Shown: positions 39,115 through 49,658, counted from the first letter of the stretch. The stretch: DNA of 64,000 nucleotides from Phycisphaerae bacterium (GCA_963675745.2 CAXXWX010000002.1:32001-96000); one strand, 5' to 3'. Program-made: numbers and translations. The notes: generated by a model not told the origin, from the sequence alone.

Positions 39115-42100
39115 GTGATGTTAATGGGGCCCAAGGTATCAACCCACGCCGTCAAGCTGATGGCGATCGTGTGCAGCGCCTGCGTTTGCGCGGGCAAGCT
39201 GCCGGCACAGCCGGTCAGCCTTGACGATTTCTCAGCCACCGACCGCCGCGCCATGACGCTCGCGACGGTTACCGAGCAACTGGCCGTGTCCGAGTTGGGC
39301 GCCGATGCGACTCAAGCGCCCGCACTCGATGCGTGGGAGGAGGGCCGGGCGCTATACGCCTCGGCCCAGGCGCTGGTTTCGGAGGGTGAATACGGCGAGG
39401 CAATCGTGCGTCTCGAGGACGCCCTGCAACATGCGCGCGTCAGCTACTACGAGCTCTACTACCTGCTGGCGTTGGCGAAACTGGGCGATGATCGGCTGGT
39501 TGAGGCGCGCGTGGCCGCGGAGCTGGCCGCCGCCCTGCGTCCCGGTGAGCCGGGTCCACACTACCTGCTGGGCAGAGTGCATGACCGGTTTGAACACCCC
39601 GAGCAGGCGCTGCGGCACTTCCGCGCGGCAACCTCTGCCGGCGCTGATAGTGCAGACGACCCGCTGGTCACGGCCGCCTGGTATCGGCTCGGCGATCTGC
39701 TCACCCGCGAGGGCTTTGACCTGGCGGCCGCCGAGGCGCTGGCGGCGTTTGACCGGGCGATCTACCAGGACCATTCCGATCATCGGGGCACCAGGGAAGT
39801 CGCGTCACTGCTTGACGCGTTGACCGAAGACACGCTGGAACGCCGGCTGGCGCTGCTGCGCAGCGCGGGGCACACACAGGAAATCGTCGCCGCGACGCGT
39901 ACGGCCCACGAACGTCGGCCCCAGGAGCTCAGCGTGGCGCGGTTGTACGTGCGCGCCTTGCTGGACGACGGTCAAGCCATGACGGCATGGGAACTGTGTG
40001 CGGCACGCCTGGCCGATGCGAAGGTGCGCCGCGAGTTTGTACCGCTGGCCCGTGAGGCGGCATCGGCGGCGGAGACGCTTGATCAGTGGATCGCGCAACT
40101 CGCACGCGACGTCGCTACGGACGGAGCGGCCGCGATCGCCAGACAACTGTCGGACGATCTCGAACGCATCGGCGATCGCAAGCGCGCGATCCCGCTCTGG
40201 CGAGCACTGCTCCGCGCCGACCCTTCCGACGCCGCGACGGCATGGCGATTGGCCGGCGCGCTGCGCAGCACCGGCGATCTGCGCGCCGCGCTGACGCTCT
40301 TGATCGACAATACGCGCCTGGCCCCCCCCGCCATCTCGTTGCCGCATGAGATTCTGTCACGTTGGGTACGCGAATCCCAGGCGTCTGATGAACTCCCGCC
40401 GCTCCTGCGCGAATTCGGCGCGCAGCCGGAGCACGACTACGCGACTGATTTCGTGCTTGCGGTGGCGGCGGCCGCCGCAGGGCAGGACAAGCCGGCCGAG
40501 GAGCTGTTCACCGCGTGCCTGGCCGCGCGGCCCGACTTTCTGCCGGCGCGCATCGCGTTGCCTCAGATCAGACTGGCTCAATATCGCTGGGCCGAGGCGC
40601 GCACGTTGATCGAGGCCGTGATCGATGATGCGCCCGACATCGCCTTCGCGCACTTCATCCGCGGCGAGGCCTGTGCCGGGTTGGATCAGCGCGAGTGTGC
40701 CGAACAGGCATTCAAGGAGGCCCTGCGGCTGGCGCCGGGCAATGCCACCTTCGCGCTGCGACTGGCCGAGTTCTACCGCCGGGGCAACGACCTGACCGCC
40801 GCCGAGCGCTATTACCAGGAGGCGGTCACCGCAGATCCCCACAACGAGCGCGCCCTGGAGCTGGCCATCGATGCCTACCTCGCCGGCGGCAAGCGTGAGA
40901 TCGCGCGCGCGCAATACGAGAACGCCCGCGCGGCTGAGCTGGTATCCCCGGAAGTCCTGCAGCGCATCGAGATGGCCATCCGGTTCGTGGATGACCCGCT
41001 GAGTGACGCGCATATCGCGGCGATGCGCTTGCACCATGCGCGACACCCGACCGACAGGACAATCGGACTGAAGCTGGCCACCGCTCTGTATTACGCGCGT
41101 GAGTTTGACGAGGCATACAAAATCGCGATGCGGTTGTTCGCGCTGGCGCCGGATGACGAGGATGTCCTGCTCACCGTCGCGCAAAACTGCATGCGCCAAC
41201 TCGAGTTTCCCCGGGCAATCGAGGCCCTGTCGGTGTTGCACGCGCGTCACCCCGAGCGACAGCCGGTGACAGCGGCCTTGGCGGCGGTTTGCCGTGATGA
41301 CTTCCAGGTCGAACGGTGCCGGACCCTGTTGCGCGGGCTGCTTGACTCCGATCTGGCCGAGCAGGAGCGCTGGCGTTACCGCGCCGAGCTGATCGAGTCG
41401 TATGTCGAGTTCTCTGAGTTTGACGCGGCCCTCGCGCAACTCGACCAATGGGCGGATGAGCCGGAGGCCGCCGAGACCATCTGCCGCGAACGGATCAGGG
41501 TCTTGCTGCTGGCGGAGCGTGACGATGAGGCGGTTGCGCTCGCGCGGGAGTTTCAAGACGAAGCCCCACATGAGGTGGATCGCCGGCTGCTGTTGCTGAA
41601 CGTCCTGATCGCCGGCGATGAGCTGGAAATCGCCGAGCACCTGCTGCGCGGCTGGCGCGAGAAGGATATGGAGAGCCTGCGCTGGGCCCTGTCGTTGGTT
41701 GACGTGCTGCTGGCCCAGGAGCGGGCCGAGGAGGCGCTGGATGTGCTTGCCGATCTTGGTCCGCAGACTTTGCGGGCGGACATCACGCTGCGCACCACGC
41801 AGGCCCGATGTGAAGCCGCGCTGAAGCGCGTCGATCAGGCCGTCGCGCGCATCGAACAGGTGCTCGAGATGGAGGCGGTGCAGGACAGTCCGGACGAGCG
41901 CGCCACTGTCCGGGCGCAGCTCATCGAGTTACTGGTGGAGGCCGGCGAATTCGACCGGGCGCTGGATTTCTGCGCTGGGTGGCTGGAAAGCGCGGGGCCG
42001 GACCCAATCGCGCGCGTCAGGGTGCTGGAGCTGCAGCAGGTCGTCTACCTGGCGGCCGATCGCGTCGCCGACTACGAGGAAGTGATGGAGATGCTGCTCG

Positions 42101-42546
42101 ACTACCGGCCGGACGATGCGGCGATCGGTAATGATCTGGGATATTCGTGGGTCGACAGCGGACGCAACCTCGAGCGCGCCACGCGCATGATCCGGATGGC
42201 CGTCGCGGAGTTTCCGATGCGGGCGGCCTATCTGGACAGCCTGGGATGGGCGTACTACAAAATAGGCAGCTTCGACGACGCGCTGAAGTACCTTGAACGT
42301 GCGGTGCGGCTGCGCGAGGGACAGGACCCGGTACTGTACGATCATCTGGGCGATGCGCTGTTCCGGTCGGGGGACCGTAACGCCGCCCGCGCACACTGGC
42401 AAACGTGCCTGGAGTTGATCGAGCGCGAGAAACCGGGCAACATGTTGGTTGACCGGGCTGAACTGAGCGCGGCCGTGCAGGGGAAACTCGCCGCCCTGGG
42501 GCGCGGTGAATCCCCCGCGGTCGCGCCATTGGCCGACCAGAACTGA
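39115..42546 (+). CDS. large exported tetratricopeptide-repeat protein
   Basis: Many TPR units; C-terminal NDLGYSW.D, AYLDSLGWAYY, DHLGD. Confidence 0.85.
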   Translation: MMLMGPKVSTHAVKLMAIVCSACVCAGKLPAQPVSLDDFSATDRRAMTLATVTEQLAVSELGADATQAPALDAWEEGRALYASAQALVSEGEYGEAIVRLEDALQHARVSYYELYYLLALAKLGDDRLVEARVAAELAAALRPGEPGPHYLLGRVHDRFEHPEQALRHFRAATSAGADSADDPLVTAAWYRLGDLLTREGFDLAAAEALAAFDRAIYQDHSDHRGTREVASLLDALTEDTLERRLALLRSAGHTQEIVAATRTAHERRPQELSVARLYVRALLDDGQAMTAWELCAARLADAKVRREFVPLAREAASAAETLDQWIAQLARDVATDGAAAIARQLSDDLERIGDRKRAIPLWRALLRADPSDAATAWRLAGALRSTGDLRAALTLLIDNTRLAPPAISLPHEILSRWVRESQASDELPPLLREFGAQPEHDYATDFVLAVAAAAAGQDKPAEELFTACLAARPDFLPARIALPQIRLAQYRWAEARTLIEAVIDDAPDIAFAHFIRGEACAGLDQRECAEQAFKEALRLAPGNATFALRLAEFYRRGNDLTAAERYYQEAVTADPHNERALELAIDAYLAGGKREIARAQYENARAAELVSPEVLQRIEMAIRFVDDPLSDAHIAAMRLHHARHPTDRTIGLKLATALYYAREFDEAYKIAMRLFALAPDDEDVLLTVAQNCMRQLEFPRAIEALSVLHARHPERQPVTAALAAVCRDDFQVERCRTLLRGLLDSDLAEQERWRYRAELIESYVEFSEFDAALAQLDQWADEPEAAETICRERIRVLLLAERDDEAVALAREFQDEAPHEVDRRLLLLNVLIAGDELEIAEHLLRGWREKDMESLRWALSLVDVLLAQERAEEALDVLADLGPQTLRADITLRTTQARCEAALKRVDQAVARIEQVLEMEAVQDSPDERATVRAQLIELLVEAGEFDRALDFCAGWLESAGPDPIARVRVLELQQVVYLAADRVADYEEVMEMLLDYRPDDAAIGNDLGYSWVDSGRNLERATRMIRMAVAEFPMRAAYLDSLGWAYYKIGSFDDALKYLERAVRLREGQDPVLYDHLGDALFRSGDRNAARAHWQTCLELIEREKPGNMLVDRAELSAAVQGKLAALGRGESPAVAPLADQN

Positions 42547-42558
42547 ATCGAGGATCGC

Positions 42559-43551
42559 GTGAGCACACCAAGCGATATCGGCCGACAGGTCATCAGCGAA
42601 GAGGCCGAGGCGTTGCGGCGCCTGGGCGAATGCGTTGGCAACGAGTTTGACGCCGCGGTGCGGAGTATCCTGGGCGCCAAACAAATCGTCGTCAGCGGAC
42701 TCGGCAAGAGCGGGAATATCGCGCAGAAGATCGCCGCCACGCTGACCAGCACCGGCACCTCCGCGATCTGCATGCACCCGGTGGAGGCCTTGCACGGCGA
42801 CCTGGGCATTGTCACCGACCGGCATTGCCTGATCGCCCTCTCGCGCAGTGGCAATACCGATGAAATCCTGCGCTTTGTCGCCCATTTCCGCCGCCTGGGC
42901 GGCCCGGTGATCGGTATCACGCAGGGTCGTGACTCGCGCTTGTCGGAGTTTTGTCAACACACGCTGCTGCTGCCGGATGTGCCCGAGGCCGGCCCGCTGA
43001 GCCTGGCGCCGACCACTAGCTGCCTGATGATGCTCGCGCTCGGCGACGCATTGGCGATGGCGCTGTTGCACGCGCGCGGCTTCAAGGTCGAAGAATTCGC
43101 GCAATACCATCCGGAGGGTGCGCTCGGAAGACGGCTGTTGCTGCGCGCCGAGGATCTGATGCACACCGGCGAGGCGTTGCCGCGTGTTGCCGCTTCCGAG
43201 CCGTTCGGCCGTCTGCTTGTCGAAATGACCGAGAAGCAGCTCGGCCTGGCCCTGATTGTCGAGGATAATGGGCATCTCCTGGGCACATTCACGGACGGCG
43301 ACTTGCGCCGCATCTTCGAGCGCGTCGAGAACCCGCGCACGCTCAACGCCCGCAGCGCGTTCCAGAGCAGCCGGCGCTCCGCAACGTCTCCACCGGTAAC
43401 GGCATCAGCGATCGGCCCAACGAAACTGGCGGTGGATTGCCTCATGATCATGCGCGAGAGCCGCATCACAGCACTGGTGGTGGTCGATGAAGCCGGCAAG
43501 CCGATCGGCCTGCTGCGGTTGCTCGATTTGGTGCAGGCGGGCCTGGGCTGA
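42559..43551 (+). CDS. kdsD: D-arabinose 5-phosphate isomerase (KpsF/GutQ family)
   Basis: SGLGKSG.IA.KIAAT..STGT, EALHGDLG, SRSG.T.E, LAPTTS, GDALA, HP.GALG, CBS pair with TDGDLRR. Confidence 0.95.
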   Translation: MSTPSDIGRQVISEEAEALRRLGECVGNEFDAAVRSILGAKQIVVSGLGKSGNIAQKIAATLTSTGTSAICMHPVEALHGDLGIVTDRHCLIALSRSGNTDEILRFVAHFRRLGGPVIGITQGRDSRLSEFCQHTLLLPDVPEAGPLSLAPTTSCLMMLALGDALAMALLHARGFKVEEFAQYHPEGALGRRLLLRAEDLMHTGEALPRVAASEPFGRLLVEMTEKQLGLALIVEDNGHLLGTFTDGDLRRIFERVENPRTLNARSAFQSSRRSATSPPVTASAIGPTKLAVDCLMIMRESRITALVVVDEAGKPIGLLRLLDLVQAGLG

Positions 43552-43762
43552 CGCATGGCTGCGCCGGTGGGCTTGAAATCCCGGCGTGTGGTTGGTATTC
43601 AGTAGAGCAATTGAGCGATCGTGAGTTCGTTCGCCACCCGGGCATCGGGTGCCCCGGCGATCGGATTTGAGGTTCTTGCGCCCGTGTGGGCAACGGCATG
43701 GGCGCGAATCGCCAACGTCCGCTGTGGCAATGACGCTGTGCACGCGAGCGGGAGGAGTCGCC

Positions 43763-45271
43763 ATGTCCAGTCGTGTCGGAGCCGTAGCGTTCATTCCTGC
43801 AGCGGTATTCGTATTCGCATCGGCCGCCGTCTCCATGGCCGACCCGACGCCTGAGCGTGACTACGTGACGCCGGGGCCACCGCCGGTGGTTTGGGAGGTT
43901 GACGCCAAGATCTGGCAGCAAGGCTGGTTCGGCTGGGACAATCCCCAGTATGTGCGGATCGAGGACGCCTACGCAAAAACCACGGACAACGGGCACGGCG
44001 GCTGGGCGGTCAATGCGTCGCATCAGTCCTGGAACAAGGGCTGGGTCTGGCAGGGCAATTTCCCATCCAGCGCGCAGACGTCGGGGCGTTTCACGCCCGC
44101 CATCTTAAATTGCCGTCAAACGCACAGCTCGGCGTGGAGCTCGGATTTCATCATGGAAAAAGTCTATGCGGTGCTCATCGTGCGCGCCTGGGTGCGCGGC
44201 GGAGCGGGCACGCAGTGTACGTTGGATCTCGCCCACGGCGGCTTCTGGGCCGGCGAGTTGTGTGACACCGGCTCGGCCCGCCTGCAGGGGTACGACCTTG
44301 TCGTAACGGGAGATGGCGGGGGCTGCTCATCCGTCCACGTTCCGCTGACAGTCTCACACAATTCCTCTTTGCACGTGACGTCCTCGCAAACGCGCGTGTT
44401 CGATGAGTTTCCCCAGCAGGTTTACTCGCTGCTCGATTTCAATACGGGTGGGGGCACCGACGTTGTGGAGGAAGCCTCGCTGCGGGCAATGGGATGGGAA
44501 TCCTGCATCATGATGTGCGGTCCGCCGACGCGCGTTGTCGGTGGCGGGACTCTTTTGAGCAGCATTCGCGTGAGCTTGCTGACCGGGGTCAGACCGACAC
44601 CCAGGTTCGACCACAGATACACAGCGACAAGAAACGCCGCCAGCCGAAGCCTCGGTATCGAGCTGGAATCGCTCTCGTACGATGAGGATGATGGCACCGA
44701 TCCCGGCGCGGGGATTATGCACTATGAGTGGTTCGCCGACGGGGAGCTACTTCAGTCCGAGCCCGATCCATATTTGGTGTTCGACCCCGTGCACAGCGGC
44801 CTGTTTGCCGTCACGCTCGAGGTCACGGATGATGAGGGCATGACCGATTCCGTGACAAAGCCCATTCGCATCAGCCCGATTCCCGACGCGGTGGATTGGG
44901 ATGAAAACGGCAGCGTGGATAGCGGTGACTTTCTAATCGCGCTGGGGTGCTTAGGCGGCGCCGATGTGCCGACCGACGGCAGCGATTGTGATCCGGTCGA
45001 CCTTGACACCGACGGCGATGTCGATGCCCTGGAGATTGCCGAGCTACAGGCGGCATTCGGGCGCAGCGCGTCGCTCCCTCTGGGTGACCTGAACTGCGAT
45101 GGATGGGTCAACAATGGCGACATCGACCCATTCATCCTCGCCGTGACCTTCCCCGAGCACTATGACACCGCGTATCCAGACTGCAACATCATGCTCGGCG
45201 ATGTCAATGGCGACGGGTGGGTCAACAACGGCGACATCGACGCGTTCACCACCTTGTTGAATACACAGTAG
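43763..45271 (+). CDS. secreted protein with a PKD domain and C-terminal dockerin/EF-hand-like repeats
   Basis: RBS GGAGG, signal peptide, PKD S.D.D..I..YEW...VTLEVTDDEG, repeats GDLNCDGWVNNGDIDPF / GDVNGDGWVNNGDIDAF. Confidence 0.8.
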   Translation: MSSRVGAVAFIPAAVFVFASAAVSMADPTPERDYVTPGPPPVVWEVDAKIWQQGWFGWDNPQYVRIEDAYAKTTDNGHGGWAVNASHQSWNKGWVWQGNFPSSAQTSGRFTPAILNCRQTHSSAWSSDFIMEKVYAVLIVRAWVRGGAGTQCTLDLAHGGFWAGELCDTGSARLQGYDLVVTGDGGGCSSVHVPLTVSHNSSLHVTSSQTRVFDEFPQQVYSLLDFNTGGGTDVVEEASLRAMGWESCIMMCGPPTRVVGGGTLLSSIRVSLLTGVRPTPRFDHRYTATRNAASRSLGIELESLSYDEDDGTDPGAGIMHYEWFADGELLQSEPDPYLVFDPVHSGLFAVTLEVTDDEGMTDSVTKPIRISPIPDAVDWDENGSVDSGDFLIALGCLGGADVPTDGSDCDPVDLDTDGDVDALEIAELQAAFGRSASLPLGDLNCDGWVNNGDIDPFILAVTFPEHYDTAYPDCNIMLGDVNGDGWVNNGDIDAFTTLLNTQ

Positions 45272-45309
45272 CCCGCGCAGACCGGCAGCAACCGAGCCCT
45301 GGCTCGTCA

Positions 45310-45545
45310 CTGACGCGCGGCTGTGGATGTCCAGCGGCCGCTTCATGACGTCGTCGAGGTTTCCCGCGACGCTTGTGTGCCCAGCGCATCTTGCAATGTG
45401 CGGTACACGCAGCACAACTCCTTGTACACCGCATGGGCTCTAGCGTCGGGACGATATACAAGCTGTTTCAGACCTTTCATGGCCTTCTGAGCCACCGCAA
45501 CGTTCTTGTACTCCCCCGGCCCGCCTACCGGCGCCAACGGCAATC
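45310..45545 (-). pseudogene. C-terminal remnant of an FGGY-family ribulokinase (araB-like)
   Basis: Y..V..AQKAMKGLK..VYRPD..AHAVYKEL..VYRTL.DA.G, then a frameshift to NL.DVMKR; no N-terminal part. Confidence 0.6.
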
Positions 45546-45627
45546 GCCCAAGCACTCTTGATCGTATTCGCGGTATCGGTCAGTTCGTCTCGACAGAGGC
45601 TCATTGAATCTGACTACCCGCGTGTGC

Positions 45628-46860
45628 TCAGGCACGGTTCTTGGCAACGTCCGATGGCGGCTCATCCGCCGACTCGCTCCGCGGGAGCGTTACCCGGAGC
45701 AGGAGGAACCCCGCCGCCGCGGAGATTATCGACGCGCCGAACACGCCGGCCCGCGTCGCCACCGCATACTGACTCCCCTGCCCCTCGAAAGCGAGCATCC
45801 CTATAAACAGGCTCATCGTAAAGCCGATGCCGGCCAGGAGGCCGACCGCGAAGACCATCGGCCACGTAACACCCCGGGGCAGCCTGGCCGCGCCGATCCC
45901 GACGATGAGCGCTGCGCCCCCGAACACTCCGAGCGGTTTTCCAATACACAACCCCCCTGCAATGCCGAACGTAATCGGGCCGAACAAGGCCTCTGACGAG
46001 ACGCCACTGAAACTGACGCCGGCGTTGGCAAACGCGAACAATGGTAGGATCATGAATGCGACCCACGGGTGCAGCATGTGCTCCAGATGACGCAGTAGCG
46101 ACTCGCCGTTTTCGTTCTGCACTTTGAGTGGGATGGCGAGGCCCAGCGCAACGCCCGCGAGCGTCGCGTGCACGCCGGACTTGAGCACACAGATCCACAT
46201 AATCACGCCGATTATGAAGTACGCCCCGAGATGTTTCACCTTGAGCCGATTGAGCATCACCAGTATCACAAGACCACCGATGCCGAGCAGCAGCGCGGCC
46301 AGAGATAGCTGGCTCGTGTAGAGAACTGCGATGATGACGATCGCCGCCAGGTCGTCGACAACGGCCACGGTCGTCAAGAACACCTTCAGCGCCAGCGGTA
46401 CCCGACTGCCAAGCAGTGACAGGACCCCGAGTGAAAACGCGATGTCGGTCGCGGCCGGAATGGCCCAACCTTTGCCGGCTACGGGGTCACCCCAGGTAAT
46501 CCACGCGTAGATGGCACCTGGTACGGCGACGCCTCCAAGCGCGGCCAGCGCGGGCAGTGCCAGCCGCCCGGGACTCGCCAGCTCTCCTTCAAGGGCCTCG
46601 CGTTTGATCTCGAGCCCGACGAGAAGAAAGAAGATGGCCATCAGGCCATCGTTGATGACCAGGAGCATGTTCTTCTTCAGCTCGAGTCCGCCGAGCTTGA
46701 TCTCGATCGGTAGATCGAGGAAGTACTGGTACAAACCGGCAAGGCCGGGGGCGTTGGCGAAGATGAGGGCCAGGCCGCTCGCAGCCAGCAAGAGAATGCC
46801 GCCGGCGGCTTGAAGTTCCAGAAACCTGCGAATGGCATTGCTGGGTCCGCTGATCATCAT
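45628..46860 (-). CDS. nhaA: Na+/H+ antiporter NhaA
   Basis: INDGLMAIFFLLVGLEIKRE, GWAIP.ATDIAF, VVDDL, SGVHATLAGV, LPLFAFANAGV, GIGFTMSLFI. Confidence 0.97.
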   Translation of the reverse strand: MMISGPSNAIRRFLELQAAGGILLLAASGLALIFANAPGLAGLYQYFLDLPIEIKLGGLELKKNMLLVINDGLMAIFFLLVGLEIKREALEGELASPGRLALPALAALGGVAVPGAIYAWITWGDPVAGKGWAIPAATDIAFSLGVLSLLGSRVPLALKVFLTTVAVVDDLAAIVIIAVLYTSQLSLAALLLGIGGLVILVMLNRLKVKHLGAYFIIGVIMWICVLKSGVHATLAGVALGLAIPLKVQNENGESLLRHLEHMLHPWVAFMILPLFAFANAGVSFSGVSSEALFGPITFGIAGGLCIGKPLGVFGGAALIVGIGAARLPRGVTWPMVFAVGLLAGIGFTMSLFIGMLAFEGQGSQYAVATRAGVFGASIISAAAGFLLLRVTLPRSESADEPPSDVAKNRA

Positions 46861-46971
46861 GGCAACTCATCGAAAGGGTGTGCGGCACTCCGCCGCGCGT
46901 ATTGGTGTCCGCCCGTCACCACGCTTAAACGCCGATGCGGGCTCGGCATCCGATCCGTCACGCGGCGGACA

Positions 46972-47667
46972 CTACGCCGCCGGTATCAGGCGATCGAGCG
47001 CGTCAACCGCCGCGGATGGGTCCACGGCGTAGGCACTCGCGCCGATCTCGCTGGCAAACTGGCTGTTAACCGGCGCACCGCCCACGAGGATGACCGTGTC
47101 CGGATTGGAAGCGCGGATTGTCTGCACGATGTCGCGCATCGCGACCATTGTTGTGGTCAGCAACGCCGACAGTCCCACGGCGCAGCCAGGGTGGTTGGCT
47201 ATTGCTTCGGCGAACAGCTCGGCCGTGCAATCCACTCCCAGGTCCACGACCTCCCAGCCGGCCCCCGCGACCATCATGCAGACAAGATTCTTGCCGATGT
47301 CATGCAAGTCCCCCTTTACAGTACCAATCACGAATACGCCGCGCGACGACACACCCTGGCCCGCAAACAGTGGTTTGAGTTTTTGCATTCCGATGTGCAT
47401 GGCTCGCGCGGCGATGAGCACCTCGGGGATAAACGCCTCGCCGGCCGCAAACTCCTTGCCGACGATCCGCAAGCCGGCCATCAGTCCCTCGTGCAGAATC
47501 ATCTGCGGCGAGACGTTGTCGGCAATGGCGCGTTCGACCAATTCGGCCACGCCCGGTTCCCCTTGTGACCCCGGCGGGATATTGCTGGCGGCGTCAGCCT
47601 TTCCGACGTGAACACACTCAGCGATTTGCCGCAGTGTTTCGCTCGAAGCCCCGGAGATATCCGCCAT
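46972..47667 (-). CDS. methyltransferase-type corrinoid protein (MtbC/MttC-like)
   Basis: GL..G...VG..F..GE.FIPEVL..ARAM cap domain; GTVKGDLHDIGKNLV (DxHxxG), SALLTTTM, VGGAPV. Confidence 0.9.
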   Translation of the reverse strand: MADISGASSETLRQIAECVHVGKADAASNIPPGSQGEPGVAELVERAIADNVSPQMILHEGLMAGLRIVGKEFAAGEAFIPEVLIAARAMHIGMQKLKPLFAGQGVSSRGVFVIGTVKGDLHDIGKNLVCMMVAGAGWEVVDLGVDCTAELFAEAIANHPGCAVGLSALLTTTMVAMRDIVQTIRASNPDTVILVGGAPVNSQFASEIGASAYAVDPSAAVDALDRLIPAA

Positions 47668-47913
47668 CGCGCTGCGTCCTTATTGTCCTGATGAGGTGAG
47701 ATTGCTCGCCCGTTGATGCGGCGCTCACACCGCACAAGCCCAACTCAGGCGGGCATGCGATCACGTCACGAGCGTGGGATTTCAGACACCAGGCCGCGCG
47801 TGTACCAACCAGATAATACGCAAACCGTGCAGGGCATTCCACTGTCGTCGATACGCGGCGGCGAGCACGCCGCGACGCCCCGGCGCCATGGTGCGAGAAC
47901 AGCCGCAGGGGGA

Positions 47914-49518
47914 TCAGTCTTCGTAGACTTCCGCGTACTGCTCGGGGTGCTGGCGCTCGCGGGCGGCCTCGCGGACTCGGACCTCCTGGGCGTCAGCGCG
48001 TTTCTTGAGTACGTGGCGAACGGTCAGGTTCGCACCGATAGCGATGACAATACCGATGCCGAAGAGTCTGACGTAGTACACGAGCAAGCAGACCACACCG
48101 GCAGAAACGGCGGCGATCACGGCCGCCGCAAACCAACTGAAGACCACCCAGATGGTGCGGGCCAGCTTCAATTCCGCGTCGCCGCGCTGGAAAATACGGT
48201 CGGCCATACCGGTGGCGACAATGGCGGCGAACGATACGTAGGTGGTGGACACCGGTAGGCCAAAGCCGGATGCCGTGGCGATCACACTCGCGGAAACGGC
48301 AAGGATGACACACGCGCGCAAGGCGTCGTAGTGCCTGGTCTTGCCGGCATCCGTTACTGTGGGTAGCGGGGCCAGAACCGGTTGGCTGCCGCGCAAGCGC
48401 AGCAGTACACGGGCCACGACGATGCACCAGTTGGGGGCCCAGAGGCGTACCTGGTGGGCCATGCTGCCGGCATGGACGGCGGCGCTGGTGACACGCAGCG
48501 AGTTCTTGGTGAGCATTCCAACCGCCATCAAGAAGCCGCACCCGGCCAGAGCCCAGACGCTGATGTCGATCTCGGTCGCCACCGCCACACCCTTTTCGTA
48601 GTGCTGAAGGATGTTGAGGGCCGCCAGTCCCGGCGCGGCGCAGTTGGCCAGATCGTTCTGGCCGAACGCGAACGCCATCGCCAGCATCCCGACCACGGCC
48701 AACACGGGAAAGAGAAGCCTAGCGGCGCGCTTGCCGAAGGTCACCAGCAGCAGGTGGATTATCAGCGCGAAGACGGCCCAGAGTGCCAGCAGTGTGAGCA
48801 ATGGGCCGAATTGCTGCACGAACTCCTTATTGACATGTTTAACGATGGCAACGTTCTTCATGCCCTTGACCAGCATGAAGTAGGTCAGCCCGGCCAGCAT
48901 GCCGCCGCCAATCCACCCCCCGTGGGCGAGCAGCACGGAAAGTCGCGTTGTGCGGTCGCGGATGGCCCCGCGCACGATGCGCTGGAGGAAGAACGCCGCC
49001 ACACCGCTGATCGCAATCGAGCAGACGATGCCGGCCAGCACCGTCCCGGCCTTGGGCCACTTCACGACGACCGGGCCGCCGAGCGCGAAGGCCGCACCGA
49101 GCAGTTCAAAAACCAGACATGCGGTGGTGCTGACCGGCATGCCAAAGGCCGAATAGCTGTAAAGCAGGACCGTGTCGACAATGTAGACCGAAATGTAAAT
49201 CGCCAGAGCTTTTTCAACGTCAAGATTGGCGTGCGCGGGGTCAAAGATGCCCTTGCGCGCAGTATCCATCACCTGCGACGAGGCCGCCGCGCCAAGCACG
49301 ACGGCAACACCGGCGATCAGCACCGCCGTCCGACGCGCCAGAACGCGCGAGCCAAAGACCGCATTCACCAGATTGGCGGCGTCGTTGCGGCCCACTTCGA
49401 CGGTGTCCCACAGCAACATGATCAGGGCCACGGCCCCGGCCGCAAACAGGAAGACGGTCTCATTCGTACTGGAAGCGAGCAGGACTGGCTGCGGCGTGCC
49501 TGCGAGGGTCGCGAACAT
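47914..49518 (-). CDS. inorganic phosphate transporter (PiT family)-like membrane protein
   Basis: GRNDAANLVN and GQNDLAN (two PiT signature variants), G.PVSTT twice, many TMs; next to DUF47. Confidence 0.85.
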   Translation of the reverse strand: MFATLAGTPQPVLLASSTNETVFLFAAGAVALIMLLWDTVEVGRNDAANLVNAVFGSRVLARRTAVLIAGVAVVLGAAASSQVMDTARKGIFDPAHANLDVEKALAIYISVYIVDTVLLYSYSAFGMPVSTTACLVFELLGAAFALGGPVVVKWPKAGTVLAGIVCSIAISGVAAFFLQRIVRGAIRDRTTRLSVLLAHGGWIGGGMLAGLTYFMLVKGMKNVAIVKHVNKEFVQQFGPLLTLLALWAVFALIIHLLLVTFGKRAARLLFPVLAVVGMLAMAFAFGQNDLANCAAPGLAALNILQHYEKGVAVATEIDISVWALAGCGFLMAVGMLTKNSLRVTSAAVHAGSMAHQVRLWAPNWCIVVARVLLRLRGSQPVLAPLPTVTDAGKTRHYDALRACVILAVSASVIATASGFGLPVSTTYVSFAAIVATGMADRIFQRGDAELKLARTIWVVFSWFAAAVIAAVSAGVVCLLVYYVRLFGIGIVIAIGANLTVRHVLKKRADAQEVRVREAARERQHPEQYAEVYED

Positions 49519-49556
49519 GGGCGTCTATCGTCCAGTCAAGGGTCTCGGAAGCCAGG

Positions 49557-49606
49557 CTAGAGCCGTTTCAATCTAACTTCGGCATCAGGCGTCCCTGCCT
49601 GACTAG
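49557..49606. repeat. truncated copy of the CTAG-bounded MITE end, with a REP-like hairpin
   Basis: ctagagccgtttca matches ctagagcggtttca at 32357; hairpin tcaggc-gtccct-gcctga; ends in ctag. Confidence 0.45.
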
Positions 49607-49658
49607 TGTCGAGAGCGTCAGGCTCGAAGACCTGGCGCTGAGCGTCAGCCCGGCGGAC

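Noticed and set aside
45100..45250. Direct DNA repeat gggtcaacaa(t/c)ggcgacatcgac
   Set aside because: It encodes the duplicated dockerin motif; not a CRISPR array or DGR template/variable pair
46972..47667. Corrinoid protein as the missing small subunit of the mutase at 23614
   Set aside because: It has the methyltransferase cap domain and GDLHDIGKN, not the mutase-type GLDGHDRG
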